Assembly: GCA_964016885.1 (NCBI GenBank)
Contig: OZ024741.1
Location: forward strand, 363,444,001 to 363,508,000
Source: Eledone cirrhosa
Lineage: Eukaryota
Direction: 5' to 3'
Length of the DNA stretch: 64,000 nt
Shown: positions 40,001 to 53,400 of the stretch, piece after piece
How the letters are laid out: every line of letters starts with the position of its first letter
Numbering within the stretch: the first letter of the stretch is position 1
Program-made: the position numbers and the translations under genes
The notes under the pieces: generated by a model
Seen by the model: the letters and a program-made list of their open reading frames with translations, nothing else
Told to the model about the DNA's origin: nothing
The model's database searches: none

Positions 40001-41499
40001 TGGGTTAAGAAGGTTGTTTTACAATAACATAGATGTAGGTATAGCTGGGGTTAAGAAGGTTATTTCACAATAACATAGATGTAGGTATAGCTTGGGTTAA
40101 GAAGGTTGTTTTACAATAACATAGATGTAGGTATAGCTGTGGTTAAGAAGGTTGTTATACAATAACATTGATGTAGGTATAGCTTGAGTTAAGAAGGTTA
40201 TTTCACAATAACCTAGATGTAGGTATAGCTGTGGTTAAGAAGGTTGTTTTACAATAACATAGATGTAGGTATAGCTTGGGTTAAGAAGGTTATTTCACGA
40301 TAACATAGATGTAGGTATAGCTGTGGTTAAGAAGGTTATTTCACAATAACATAGATGTAGGTATAGCTTGGGTTAAGAAGGTTATTTCACAATAACATAG
40401 ATGTAGGTATAGCTTTGGTTAAGAAGGTTATTTCACAATAACATAGATGTAGGTATAGCTTGGGTTAAGAAGGTTATTTCACAATAAAATAGATGTAGGT
40501 ATAGCTTGGGTTAAGAAGGTTGTTTTACAATAACATAGATGTAGGTATAGCTGTGGTTAAGAAGACTATTTCACAATAACATAGATGTAGGTATAGCTTG
40601 GGTTAAGAAGGTTATTTCACAATAACATAGATGTAGGTATAGCTGTGGTTAAGAAGGTGATTCCACAATAACATAGATGTAGGTATAGCTGTGGTTGAGA
40701 AGGTTATTTCACAATAACATAGATGTAGGTATAGCTGTGGTTAAGAAGGTTGTTTTACAATAACATAGATGTAGGTATAGCTTGGGTTAAGAAGGTTATT
40801 TCACAATAACATAGATGTAGGTATAGCTGTGGTTAAGAAGGTGATTCCACAATAACATAGATGTAGGTATAGCTGTGGTTGAGAAGGTTATTTCACAATA
40901 ACATAGATGTAGGTATAGCTGTGGTTGAGAAGGTTGTTTTACAATAAGATAGATGTAGGTATAGCTTGGGTTAAGAAGGTTATTTCACAATAACATAGAT
41001 GTAGGTATAGCTCGGGTTAAGAAGGTTGTTTTACAATAACATAGATGTAGCTATAGCTGTGGTTAAGAAGGTTGTTTTACAATAACATAGATGTAGGTAT
41101 AGCTGTGGTTAAGAAGGTTGTTTAACAATAACATAGATGTAGGTATAGCTGTGGTTAAGAAGGTTGTTTTACAATAACATAGATGTAGGTATAGCTTGGG
41201 TTAAGAAGGTTGTTTTACAATAACATAGATGTAGGTATAGCTGGGGTTAAGAAGGTTATTTCACAATAACATAGATGTAGGTATAGCTTGGGTTAAGAAG
41301 GTTGTTTTACAATAACATAGATGTAGGTATAGCTGTGGTTGAGAAGGTTATTTCACAATAACATAGATGTAGGTATAGCTGTGGTTGAGAAGGTTCTTTT
41401 ACAATAAGATAGATGTAGGTATAGCTTGGGTTAAGAAGGTTATTTCACAATAACATAGACGTAGGTATAGCTTGGGTTAAGAAGGTTATTTCACAATAA

Positions 41500-44400
41500 C
41501 ATAGATGTAGGTATAGCTGTGGTTAAGAAGGTTGTTTCACTATAACATAGATGTAGGTATAGCTGTGGTTAAGAAGACTATTTCACAATAACATATATGT
41601 AGGTATAGCTGTGGTTAAGAAGACTATTTCACAATAACATAGATGTAGGTATAGCTGTGGTTAAGAAGGCTATTTCACAATAACAAAGATGCAGGTATAG
41701 CTGTGGTTAAGAAGACTATTTCACAATAACATAGATGTAGGTATAGCTTGGGTTAAGAAGGTTATTTCACAATAACATAGATGTAGGTATAGCTCGGGTT
41801 AAGAAGGTTGTTTTACAATAACATAGATGTAGCTATAGCTGTGGTTAAGAAGGTTGTTTCACAATAACATAGATGTAGGTATAGCTTGGGTTAAGAAGGT
41901 TATTTTACAATAACATAGAGGTAGGTATAGCTGTGGTTAAGAAGGTTATTTCACAATAACATTGATGTAGGTATAGCTGTGGTTAAGAAGGTGATTCCAC
42001 AATAACATAGATGTAGGTATAGCTGTGGTTGAGAAGGTTATTTCACAATAACATAGATGTATGTATAGCTGTGGTTAAGAAGGTTGTTTTACAATAACAT
42101 AGATGTAGGTATAGCTTGGGTTAAGAAGGTTATTTCACAATAACATAGATGTAGGTATAGCTGTGGTTGAGAAGGTTGTTTTACAATAACATAGATGTAG
42201 GTATAGCTGGGGTTAAGAAGGTTATTTCACAATAACATAGATGTAGGTATAGCTTGGGTTAAGAAGGTTGTTTTACAATAACATAGATGTAGGTATAGCT
42301 GTGGTTAAGTAGGTTGTTTTACAATAACATAGATGTAGGTATAGCTTGGGTTAAGAAGGTTATTTCACAATAACATAGATGTAGGTATAGCTGTGGTTAA
42401 GAAGGTTATTCCACAATAACATAGATGTAGGTATAGCTTGGGTTAAGAAGGTTATTTCACAATAACATAGATGTAGGTATAGCTGTGGTTAAGAAGGTTG
42501 GTTTACAATAAGATAGATGTAGGTATAGCTTGGGTTAAGAAGGTTATTTCACAATAACATAGACGTAGGTATAGCTGTGGTTAAGAAGACTATTTCACAA
42601 TAACATATATGTAGGTATAGCTGTGGTTAAGAAGACTATTTCACAATAACATAGATGTAGGTATAGCTGTGGTTAAGAAGGCTATTTCACAATAACAAAG
42701 ATGTAGGTATAGCTGTGGTTAAGAAGACTATTTCACAATAACATAGATGTAGGTATAGCTTGGGTTAAGAAGGTTATTTCACAATAACATAGATGTAGGT
42801 ATAGCTCGGGTTAAGAAGGTTGTTTTACAATAACATAGATGTAGCTATAGCTGTGGTTAAGAAGGTTGTTTCACAATAACATAGAGGTAGGTATAGCTTG
42901 GGTTAAGAAGGTTATTTTACAATAACATAGAGGTAGGTATAGCTGTGGTTAAGAAGGTTATTTCACAATAACATTGATGTAGGTATAGCTGTGGTTAAGA
43001 AGGTGATTCCACAATAACATAGATGTAGGTATAGCTGTGGTTGAGAAGGTTATTTCACAATAACATAGATGTAGGTATAGCTGTGGTTAAGAAGGTTGTT
43101 TTACAATAACATAGATGTAGGTATAGCTTGGGTTAAGAAGGTTATTTCACAATAACATAGATGTAGGTATAGCTGTGGTTGAGAAGGTTGTTTTACAATA
43201 ACATAGATGTAGGTATAGCTGGGGTTAAGAAGGTTATTTCACAATAACATAGATGTAGGTATAGCTTGGGTTAAGAAGGTTGTTTTACAATAACATAGAT
43301 GTAGGTATAGCTGTGGTTAAGTAGGTTGTTTTACAATAACATAGATGTAGGTATAGCTTGGGTTAAGAAGGTTATTTCACAATAACATAGATGTAGGTAT
43401 AGCTGTGGTTAAGAAGGTTATTCCACAATAACATAGATGTAGGTATAGCTTGGGTTAAGAAGGTTATTTCACAATAACATAGATGTAGGTATAGCTGTGG
43501 TTAAGAAGGTTGGTTTACAATAAGATAGATGTAGGTATAGCTTGGGTTAAGAAGGTTATTTCACAATAACATAGACGTAGGTATAGCTGTGGTTAAGAAG
43601 ACTATTTCACAATAACATATATGTAGGTATAGCTGTGGTTAAGAAGACTATTTCACAATAACATAGATGTAGGTATAGCTGTGGTTAAGAAGGCTATTTC
43701 ACAATAACAAAGATGTAGGTATAGCTGTGGTTAAGAAGACTATTTCACAATAACATAGATGTAGGTATAGCTTGGGTTAAGAAGGTTATTTCACAATAAC
43801 ATAGATGTAGGTATAGCTCGGGTTAAGAAGGTTGTTTTACAATAACATAGATGTAGCTATAGCTGTGGTTAAGAAGGTTGTTTCACAATAACATAGAGGT
43901 AGGTATAGCTGTGGTTAAGAAGGTTGTTTCACAATAACATAGATGTGGGTATAGTTGTGGTTAAGAAGACTATTTCACAATAACATAGATGTAGATATAG
44001 CTGTGTTTAAGAAGGTTGTTTTACAATAACATAGATGTAGGTATAGCTGTGGTTAAGAAGGTTGTTTAACAATAACATAGATGTAGGTATAGCTGTGGTT
44101 AAGAAGGTTGTTTTACAATAACATAGATGTAGGTATAGCTTGGGTTAAGAAGGTTTTTTTACAATAACATAGATGTAGGTATAGCTGGGGTTAAGAAGGT
44201 TATTTCACAATAACATAGATGTAGGTATAGCTTGGGTTAAGAAGGTTGTTTTACAATAACATAGATGTAGGTATAGCTGTGGTTAAGAAGGTTGTTATAC
44301 AATAACATTGATGTAGGTATAGCTTGAGTTAAGAAGGTTATTTCACAATAACCTAGATGTAGGTATAGCTGTGGTTAAGAAGGTTGTTTTACAATAACAT

Positions 44401-47400
44401 AGATGTAGGTATAGCTTGGGTTAAGAAGGTTATTTCACGATAACATAGATGTAGGTATAGCTGTGGTTAAGAAGGTTATTTCACAATAACATAGATGTAG
44501 GTATAGCTTTGGTTAAGAAGGTTATTTCACAATAACATAAATGTAGGTATAGCTTGGGTTAAGAAGGTTATTTCACAATAAAATAGATGTAGGTATAGCT
44601 TGGGTTAAGAAGGTTGTTTTACAATAACATAGATGTAGGTATAGCTGTGGTTAAGAAGGTTGTTTTACAATAACATAGATGTAGGTATAGCTTGGGTTAA
44701 GAAGGTTATTTCACAATAACATAGATGTAGGTATAGCTGTGGTTAAGAAGGTGATTCCACAATAACATAGATGTAGGTATAGCTGTGGTTGAGAAGGTTA
44801 TTTCACAATAACATAGATGTAGGTATAGCTGTGGTTGAGAAGGTTGTTTTACAAAAAGATAGATGTAGGTATAGCTTGGGTTAAGAAGGTTATTTCACAA
44901 TAACATAGACGTAGGTATAGCTTGGGTTAAGAAGGTTATTTCACAATAACATAGATGTAGGTATAGCTGTGGTTAAGAAGGTTGTTTCACTATAACATAG
45001 ATGTAGGTATAGCTGTGGTTAAGAAGACTATTTCACAATAACATATATGTAGGTATAGCTGTGGTTAAGAAGACTATTTCACAATAACATAGATGTAGGT
45101 ATAGCTGTGGTTAAGAAGGCTATTTCACAATAACAAAGATGCAGGTATAGCTGTGGTTAAGAAGACTATTTCACAATAACATAGATGTAGGTATAGCTTG
45201 GGTTAAGAAGGTTATTTCACAATAACATAGATGTAGGTATAGCTCGGGTTAAGAAGGTTGTTTTACAATAACATAGATGTAGCTATAGCTGTGGTTAAGA
45301 AGGTTGTTTCACAATAACATAGATGTAGGTATAGCTTGGGTTAAGAAGGTTATTTTACAATAACATAGAGGTAGGTATAGCTGTGGTTAAGAAGGTTATT
45401 TCACAATAACATTGATGTAGGTATAGCTGTGGTTAAGAAGGTGATTCCACAATAACATAGATGTAGGTATAGCTGTGGTTGAGAAGGTTATTTCACAATA
45501 ACATAGACGTAGGTATAGCTGTGGTTAAGAAGGTTATTTCACAATAACAGAGATGTAGGTATAGCTGTGGTTAACAAGGTTATTTCACAATAACATAGAT
45601 GTAAGTATAGCTGTGGTTAAGAAGGTTATTTTACAATAACATAGATGTAGGTATAGCTTGGGTTTAGAAGGTTGTTTTACAATAACCTAGATGTAGGCAT
45701 AGCTTGGGTTAAGAAGGTTATTTCACAATAACACAGATGTAGGTATAGCTGTGGTTAAAAAGGTTATTTCACAATAACATAGATGTAGGTATAGCTGTGC
45801 TTAAGAAGGTTGTTTTACAATAACCTAGATGTAGGTATAGCTTGGGTTAAGAAGGTTATTTCACAATAACACAGATGTAGGTATAGCTGTGGTTCAGCAG
45901 ACTATTTCACAATAACATAGATGTAGGTATAGCTGTGGTTAAGAAGACTATTTCACAATAACATAGATGTAGGTATAGCTGTGGTTAAGAAGGCTATTTC
46001 ACAATAACATAGATGTAGGTATAGCTGTGGTTAAGAAGACTATTTCACAATAACATAGATGTAGGTATAGCTTGGGTTAAGAAGGTTATTTCACAATAAC
46101 ATAGATGTAGGTATAGCTTGGGTTAAGAAAGTTATTTCACAATAACCTAGATGTAGGTATAGCTGTGGTTAAGAAGGTTGTTTTACAATAACATAGATGT
46201 AGGTACAGCTGTGGTTAAGAAGACTATTTCACAATAACATAGATGTAGGTATAGCTTGGGTTAAGAAGGTTGTTTCACAATAACATATATGTAGGTATAG
46301 CTGTGGTTAAGAAGGATATTTCACAATAACGTAGATGTAGGTATAGCTTGGGTTTAGAAGGTTGTTTTACAATAACCTAGATGTAGGTATAGCTTGGGTT
46401 AAGAAGGTTATTTCACAATAACATAGAGGTAGGTATAGCTGTGGTTAAGAAGGTTGTTTCACAATACCATAGATGTAGGTATAGTTGTGGTTAAGAAGAC
46501 TATTTCACAATAACATAGATGTAGATATAGCTGTGGTTAAGAAGGTTATTTTACAATAACATAGATGTAGGTATAGCTGTGGTTAAGAAGGTTGTTTTAC
46601 AATAACATAGATGTAGGTATAGCTTGGGTTAAGAAGGTTGTTTTACAATAACATAGATGTAGGTATAGCTGGGGTTAAGAAGGTTATTTCACAATAACAT
46701 AGATGTAGGTATAGCTTGGGTTAAGAAGGTTGTTTTACAATAACATAGATGTAGGTATAGCTGTGGTTAAGAAGCTTGTTATACAATAACATAGATGTAG
46801 GTATAGCTGTGGTTAAGAAGGTTATTCCACAATAACATAGATGTAGGTATAGCTTGGGTTAAGAAGGTTATTTCACAATAACATAGATGTAAGTATAGCT
46901 GTGGTTAAGAAGGTTATTTCACAATAACATAGATGGAGGTATAGCTGTGGTTAAGAAGGTTCCTTTACAATAACATAGATGTAGGTATAGCTGTGGTTAA
47001 GAAGGTTGTTTTACAATAACATAGATGTAGGTATAGCTTGGGTTAAGAAGGTTGTTTTACAATAACATAGATGTATGTATAGCTGTGGTTAAGAAGGTTA
47101 TTTCACAATAACCTAGATGTAGGTATAGCTGTGGTTAAGAAGGTTGTTTTACAATAACATAGATGTAGGTATAGCTGTGGTTAAGAAGACTATTTCACGA
47201 TAACATAGATGTAGGTATAGCTTGGGTTAAGAAGGTTGTTTCACAATAACATAGATGTAGGTATAGCTGTGGTTAAGAAGGTTATTTCACAATAACATTG
47301 ATGTAGGTATAGCTGTGGTTAAGAAGGTTATTTCACAATAACATAGATGTAGGTATAGCTGTGGTTAAGAAGGTTATTTCACAATAACATTGATGTAGGT

Positions 47401-50400
47401 ATAGCTGTGGTTAAGAAGACTATTTCACAATAACATAGATGTAGGTATAGCTTGGGTTAAGAAGGTTGTTTGACAATAACCTAGATCTAGATATAGCTGT
47501 GGTTAAGAAGGTTATTTCACAATAACATAGATGCAGGTATAGCTTGGGTTAAGAATGTTATTTCACAATAACATTGACGTAGGTATAGCTGTGGTTAAGA
47601 AGGTTATTTCACAATAACATAGATGTAGGTATAGCTTGGGTTAAGAAGGTTATTTCACAATAACATAGATGTAGGTATAGCTTTGGTTAAGAAGGTTATT
47701 TCACAATAACATAGATGTAGGTATAGCTTGGTTAAGAAGGTTATTTCACAATAAAATAGATGTAGGTATAGCTTGGGTTAAGAAGGTTGTTTTACAATAA
47801 CAAAGATGTAGGTATAGCTGTGGTTAAGAAGACTATTTCACAATAACATAGATGTAGGTATAGCTTGGGTTAAGAAGGTTATTTCACAATAACATAGATG
47901 TAGGTATAGCTTGGGTTAAGAAGGTTGTTTTACAATAACATAGATGTAGGTATAGCTGTGGTTAAGAAGGTTATTTCACTATAACATAGATGTAGGTATA
48001 GCTTGGGTTAAGAAGGTTATTTCACAATAACATAGATATAGGTATAGCTTGGGTTAAGAAGACTATTTCAGAATAACATAGATGTAGGTATAGCTTGGGT
48101 TAAGAAGGTTGTTTCACTATAACATAGATGTAGGTATAGCTGTGGTTAAGAAGGTTGTTTTACAATAACATAGATGTAGGTATAGCTTGGGTTAAGAAGG
48201 TTGTTTCACAATAACATAGATGTAGGTATAGCTGTGGTTAAGAAGGTTGGTTTACAATAACATAGATATAGGTATAGCTGTGGTTGAGAAGGTAGTTTTA
48301 CAATAACATAGATGTAGGTATAGCTGTGGTTAAGAAGACTATTTCACAATAACATAGATGTAGGTATAGCTTGGGTTAAGAAGGTTGTTTCACAATAACA
48401 TAGATGTAGGTATAGCTGTGGTTAAGAAGGTTGTTTTACCATAACATAGATGTAGGTATAGCTTGGGTTAAGAAGGTTGTTTCACAATAACATAGATGTA
48501 GGTATAGCTGTGGTTAAGAAGGTTGTTTTACAATAACATAGATGTAGGTATAGCTGTGGTTAAGAAGACTATTTCACAATAACATAGATGTAGGTATAGC
48601 TTTGGTTAAGAAGGTTATTTCACTATAACATAGATGTAGGTATAGCTGTGGTTAAGAAGGTTATTTCACAATAACATTGATGTAGGTATAGCTGTGGTTA
48701 AGAAGGTGATTCCACAATAACATAGATGTAGGTATAGCTGTGGTTGAGAAGGTTATTTCACAATAACATAGATGTAGGTATAGCTGTGGTTAAGAAGGTT
48801 GTTTTACAATAACATAGATGTAGGTATAGCTTGGGTTAAGAAGGTTATTTTACAATAACATAGATGTAGGTATAGCTGTGGTTGAGAAGGTTGTTTTACA
48901 ATAACATAGATGTAGGTATAGCTGGGGTTAAGAAGGTTATTTCACAATAACATAGATGTAGGTATAGCTTGGGTTAAGAAGGTTGTTTTACAATAACATA
49001 GATGTAGGTATAGCTGTGGTTAAGTAGGTTGTTTTACAATAACATAGATGTAGGTATAGCTTGGGTTAAGAAGGTTATTTCACAATAACATAGATGTAGG
49101 TATAGCTGTGGTTAAGAAGGTTATTCCACAATAACATAGATGTAGGTATAGCTTGGGTTAAGAAGGTTATTTCACAATAACATAGATGTAGGTATAGCTG
49201 TGGTTAAGAAGGTTGGTTTACAATAAGATAGATGTAGGTATAGCTTGGGTTAAGAAGGTTATTTCACAATAACATAGACGTAGGTATAGCTGTGGTTAAG
49301 AAGACTATTTCACAATAACATATATGTAGGTATAGCTGTGGTTAAGAAGACTATTTCACAATAACATAGATGTAGGTATAGCTGTGGTTAAGAAGGCTAT
49401 TTCACAATAACAAAGATGTAGGTATAGCTGTGGTTAAGAAGACTATTTCACAATAACATAGATGTAGGTATAGCTTGGGTTAAGAAGGTTATTTCACAAT
49501 AACATAGATGTAGGTATAGCTCGGGTTAAGAAGGTTGTTTTACAATAACATAGATGTAGCTATAGCTGTGGTTAAGAAGGTTGTTTCACAATAACATAGA
49601 GGTAGGTATAGCTGTGGTTAAGAAGGTTGTTTCACAATAACATAGATGTGGGTATAGTTGTGGTTAAGAAGACTATTTCACAATAACATAGATGTAGATA
49701 TAGCTGTGGTTAAGAAGGTTGTTTTACAATAACATAGATGTAGGTATAGCTTGGGTCAAGAAGGTTATTTCACAATAACATAGATGTAGGTATAGCTGTG
49801 GTTGAGAAGGTTGTTTTACAATAACATAGATGTAGGTATAGCTGGGGTTAAGAAGGTTATTTCACAATAACATAGATGTAGGTATAGCTTGGGTTAAGAA
49901 GGTTGTTTTACAATAACATAGATGTAGGTATAGCTGGGGTTAAGAAGGTTATTTCACAATAACATAGATCTAGGTATAGCTTGGGTTAAGAAGGTTGTTT
50001 TACAATAACATAGATGTGGGTATAGCTGTGGTTAAGAAGGTTGTTTTACAATAACATAGATGTAGGTATAGCTTGGGTTAAGAAGGTTATTTCACAATAA
50101 CATAGATGTAGGTATAGCTGTGGTTAAGAAGGTTATTCCACAATAACATAGATGTAGGTATAGCTGTGGTTAAGAAGGTTGATAGCTTGGGTTAAGAAGG
50201 TTATTTCACAATAACATAGACGTAGGTATAGCTTGGGTTAAGAAGGTTATTTCACAATAACATAGATGTAGGTATAGCTGTGGTTAAGAAGACTATTTCA
50301 CAATAACATAGATGTAGGTATAGCTGTGGTTAAGAAGACTATTTCACAATAACATAGATGTAGGTATAGCTGTGGTTAAGAAGACTATTTCACAATAACA

Positions 50401-53400
50401 TAGATGTAGGTATAGCTGTGGTTAAGAAGGTTGTTTCACTATAACATAGATGTAGGTATAGCTGTGGTTAAGAAGACTATTTCACAATAACATATATGTA
50501 GGTATAGCTGTGGTTAAGAAGACTATTTCACAATAACATAGATGTAGGTATAGCTGTGGTTAAGAAGGCTATTTCACAATAACAAAGATGCAGGTATAGC
50601 TGTGGTTAAGAAGACTATTTCACAATAACATAGATGTAGGTATAGCTTGGGTTAAGAAGGTTATTTCACAATAACATAGATGTAGGTATAGCTCGGGTTA
50701 AGAAGGTTGTTTTACAATAACATAGATGTAGCTATAGCTGTGGTTAAGAAGGTTGTTTCACAATAACATAGATGTAGGTATAGCTTGGGTTAAGAAGGTT
50801 ATTTTACAATAACATAGAGGTAGGTATAGCTGTGGTTAAGAAGGTTATTTCACAATAACATTGATGTAGGTATAGCTGTGGTTAAGAAGGTGATTCCACA
50901 ATAACATAGATGTAGGTATAGCTGTGGTTGAGAAGGTTATTTCACAATAACATAGATGTAGGTATAGCTGTGGTTAAGAAGGTTGTTTTACAATAACATA
51001 GATGTAGGTATAGCTTGGGTTAAGAAGGTTATTTCACAATAACATAGATGTAGGTATAGCTGTGGTTGAGAAGGTTGTTTTACAATAACATAGATGTAGG
51101 TATAGCTGGGGTTAAGAAGGTTATTTCACAATAACATAGATGTAGGTATAGCTTGGGTTAAGAAGGTTGTTTTACAATAACATAGATGTAGGTATAGCTG
51201 TGGTTAAGTAGGTTGTTTTACAATAACATAGATGTAGGTATAGCTTGGGTTAAGAAGGTTATTTCACAATAACATAGATGTAGGTATAGCTGTGGTTAAG
51301 AAGGTTATTCCACAATAACATAGATGTAGGTATAGCTTGGGTTAAGAAGGTTATTTCACAATAACATAGATGTAGGTATAGCTGTGGTTAAGAAGGTTGG
51401 TTTACAATAAGATAGATGTAGGTATAGCTTGGGTTAAGAAGGTTATTTCACAATAACATAGACGTAGGTATAGCTGTGGTTAAGAAGACTATTTCACAAT
51501 AACATATATGTAGGTATAGCTGTGGTTAAGAAGACTATTTCACAATAACATAGATGTAGGTATAGCTGTGGTTAAGAAGGCTATTTCACAATAACAAAGA
51601 TGTAGGTATAGCTGTGGTTAAGAAGACTATTTCACAATAACATAGATGTAGGTATAGCTTGGGTTAAGAAGGTTATTTCACAATAACATAGATGTAGGTA
51701 TAGCTCGGGTTAAGAAGGTTGTTTTACAATAACATAGATGTAGCTATAGCTGTGGTTAAGAAGGTTGTTTCACAATAACATAGAGGTAGGTATAGCTTGG
51801 GTTAAGAAGGTTATTTTACAATAACATAGAGGTAGGTATAGCTGTGGTTAAGAAGGTTATTTCACAATAACATTGATGTAGGTATAGCTGTGGTTAAGAA
51901 GGTGATTCCACAATAACATAGATGTAGGTATAGCTGTGGTTGAGAAGGTTATTTCACAATAACATAGATGTAGGTATAGCTGTGGTTAAGAAGGTTGTTT
52001 TACAATAACATAGATGTAGGTATAGCTTGGGTTAAGAAGGTTATTTCACAATAACATAGATGTAGGTATAGCTGTGGTTGAGAAGGTTGTTTTACAATAA
52101 CATAGATGTAGGTATAGCTGGGGTTAAGAAGGTTATTTCACAATAACATAGATGTAGGTATAGCTTGGGTTAAGAAGGTTGTTTTACAATAACATAGATG
52201 TAGGTATAGCTGTGGTTAAGTAGGTTGTTTTACAATAACATAGATGTAGGTATAGCTTGGGTTAAGAAGGTTATTTCACAATAACATAGATGTAGGTATA
52301 GCTGTGGTTAAGAAGGTTATTCCACAATAACATAGATGTAGGTATAGCTTGGGTTAAGAAGGTTATTTCACAATAACATAGATGTAGGTATAGCTGTGGT
52401 TAAGAAGGTTGGTTTACAATAAGATAGATGTAGGTATAGCTTGGGTTAAGAAGGTTATTTCACAATAACATAGACGTAGGTATAGCTGTGGTTAAGAAGA
52501 CTATTTCACAATAACATATATGTAGGTATAGCTGTGGTTAAGAAGACTATTTCACAATAACATAGATGTAGGTATAGCTGTGGTTAAGAAGGCTATTTCA
52601 CAATAACAAAGATGTAGGTATAGCTGTGGTTAAGAAGACTATTTCACAATAACATAGATGTAGGTATAGCTTGGGTTAAGAAGGTTATTTCACAATAACA
52701 TAGATGTAGGTATAGCTCGGGTTAAGAAGGTTGTTTTACAATAACATAGATGTAGCTATAGCTGTGGTTAAGAAGGTTGTTTCACAATAACATAGAGGTA
52801 GGTATAGCTGTGGTTAAGAAGGTTGTTTCACAATAACATAGATGTGGGTATAGTTGTGGTTAAGAAGACTATTTCACAATAACATAGATGTAGATATAGC
52901 TGTGTTTAAGAAGGTTGTTTTACAATAACATAGATGTAGGTATAGCTGTGGTTAAGAAGGTTGTTTAACAATAACATAGATGTAGGTATAGCTGTGGTTA
53001 AGAGGGTTGTTTTACAATAACATAGATGTAGGTATAGCTTGGGTTAAGAAGGTTGTTTTACAATAACATAGATGTAGGTATAGCTGGGGTTAAGAAGGTT
53101 ATTTCACAATAACATAGATGTAGGTATAGCTTGGGTTAAGAAGGTTGTTTTACAATAACATAGATGTAGGTATAGCTGTGGTTAAGAAGGTTGTTATACA
53201 ATAACATTGATGTAGGTATAGCTTGAGTTAAGAAGGTTATTTCACAATAACCTAGATGTAGGTATAGCTGTGGTTAAGAAGGTTGTTTTACAATAACATA
53301 GATGTAGGTATAGCTTGGGTTAAGAAGGTTATTTCACGATAACATAGATGTAGGTATAGCTGTGGTTAAGAAGGTTATTTCACAATAACATAGATGTAGG

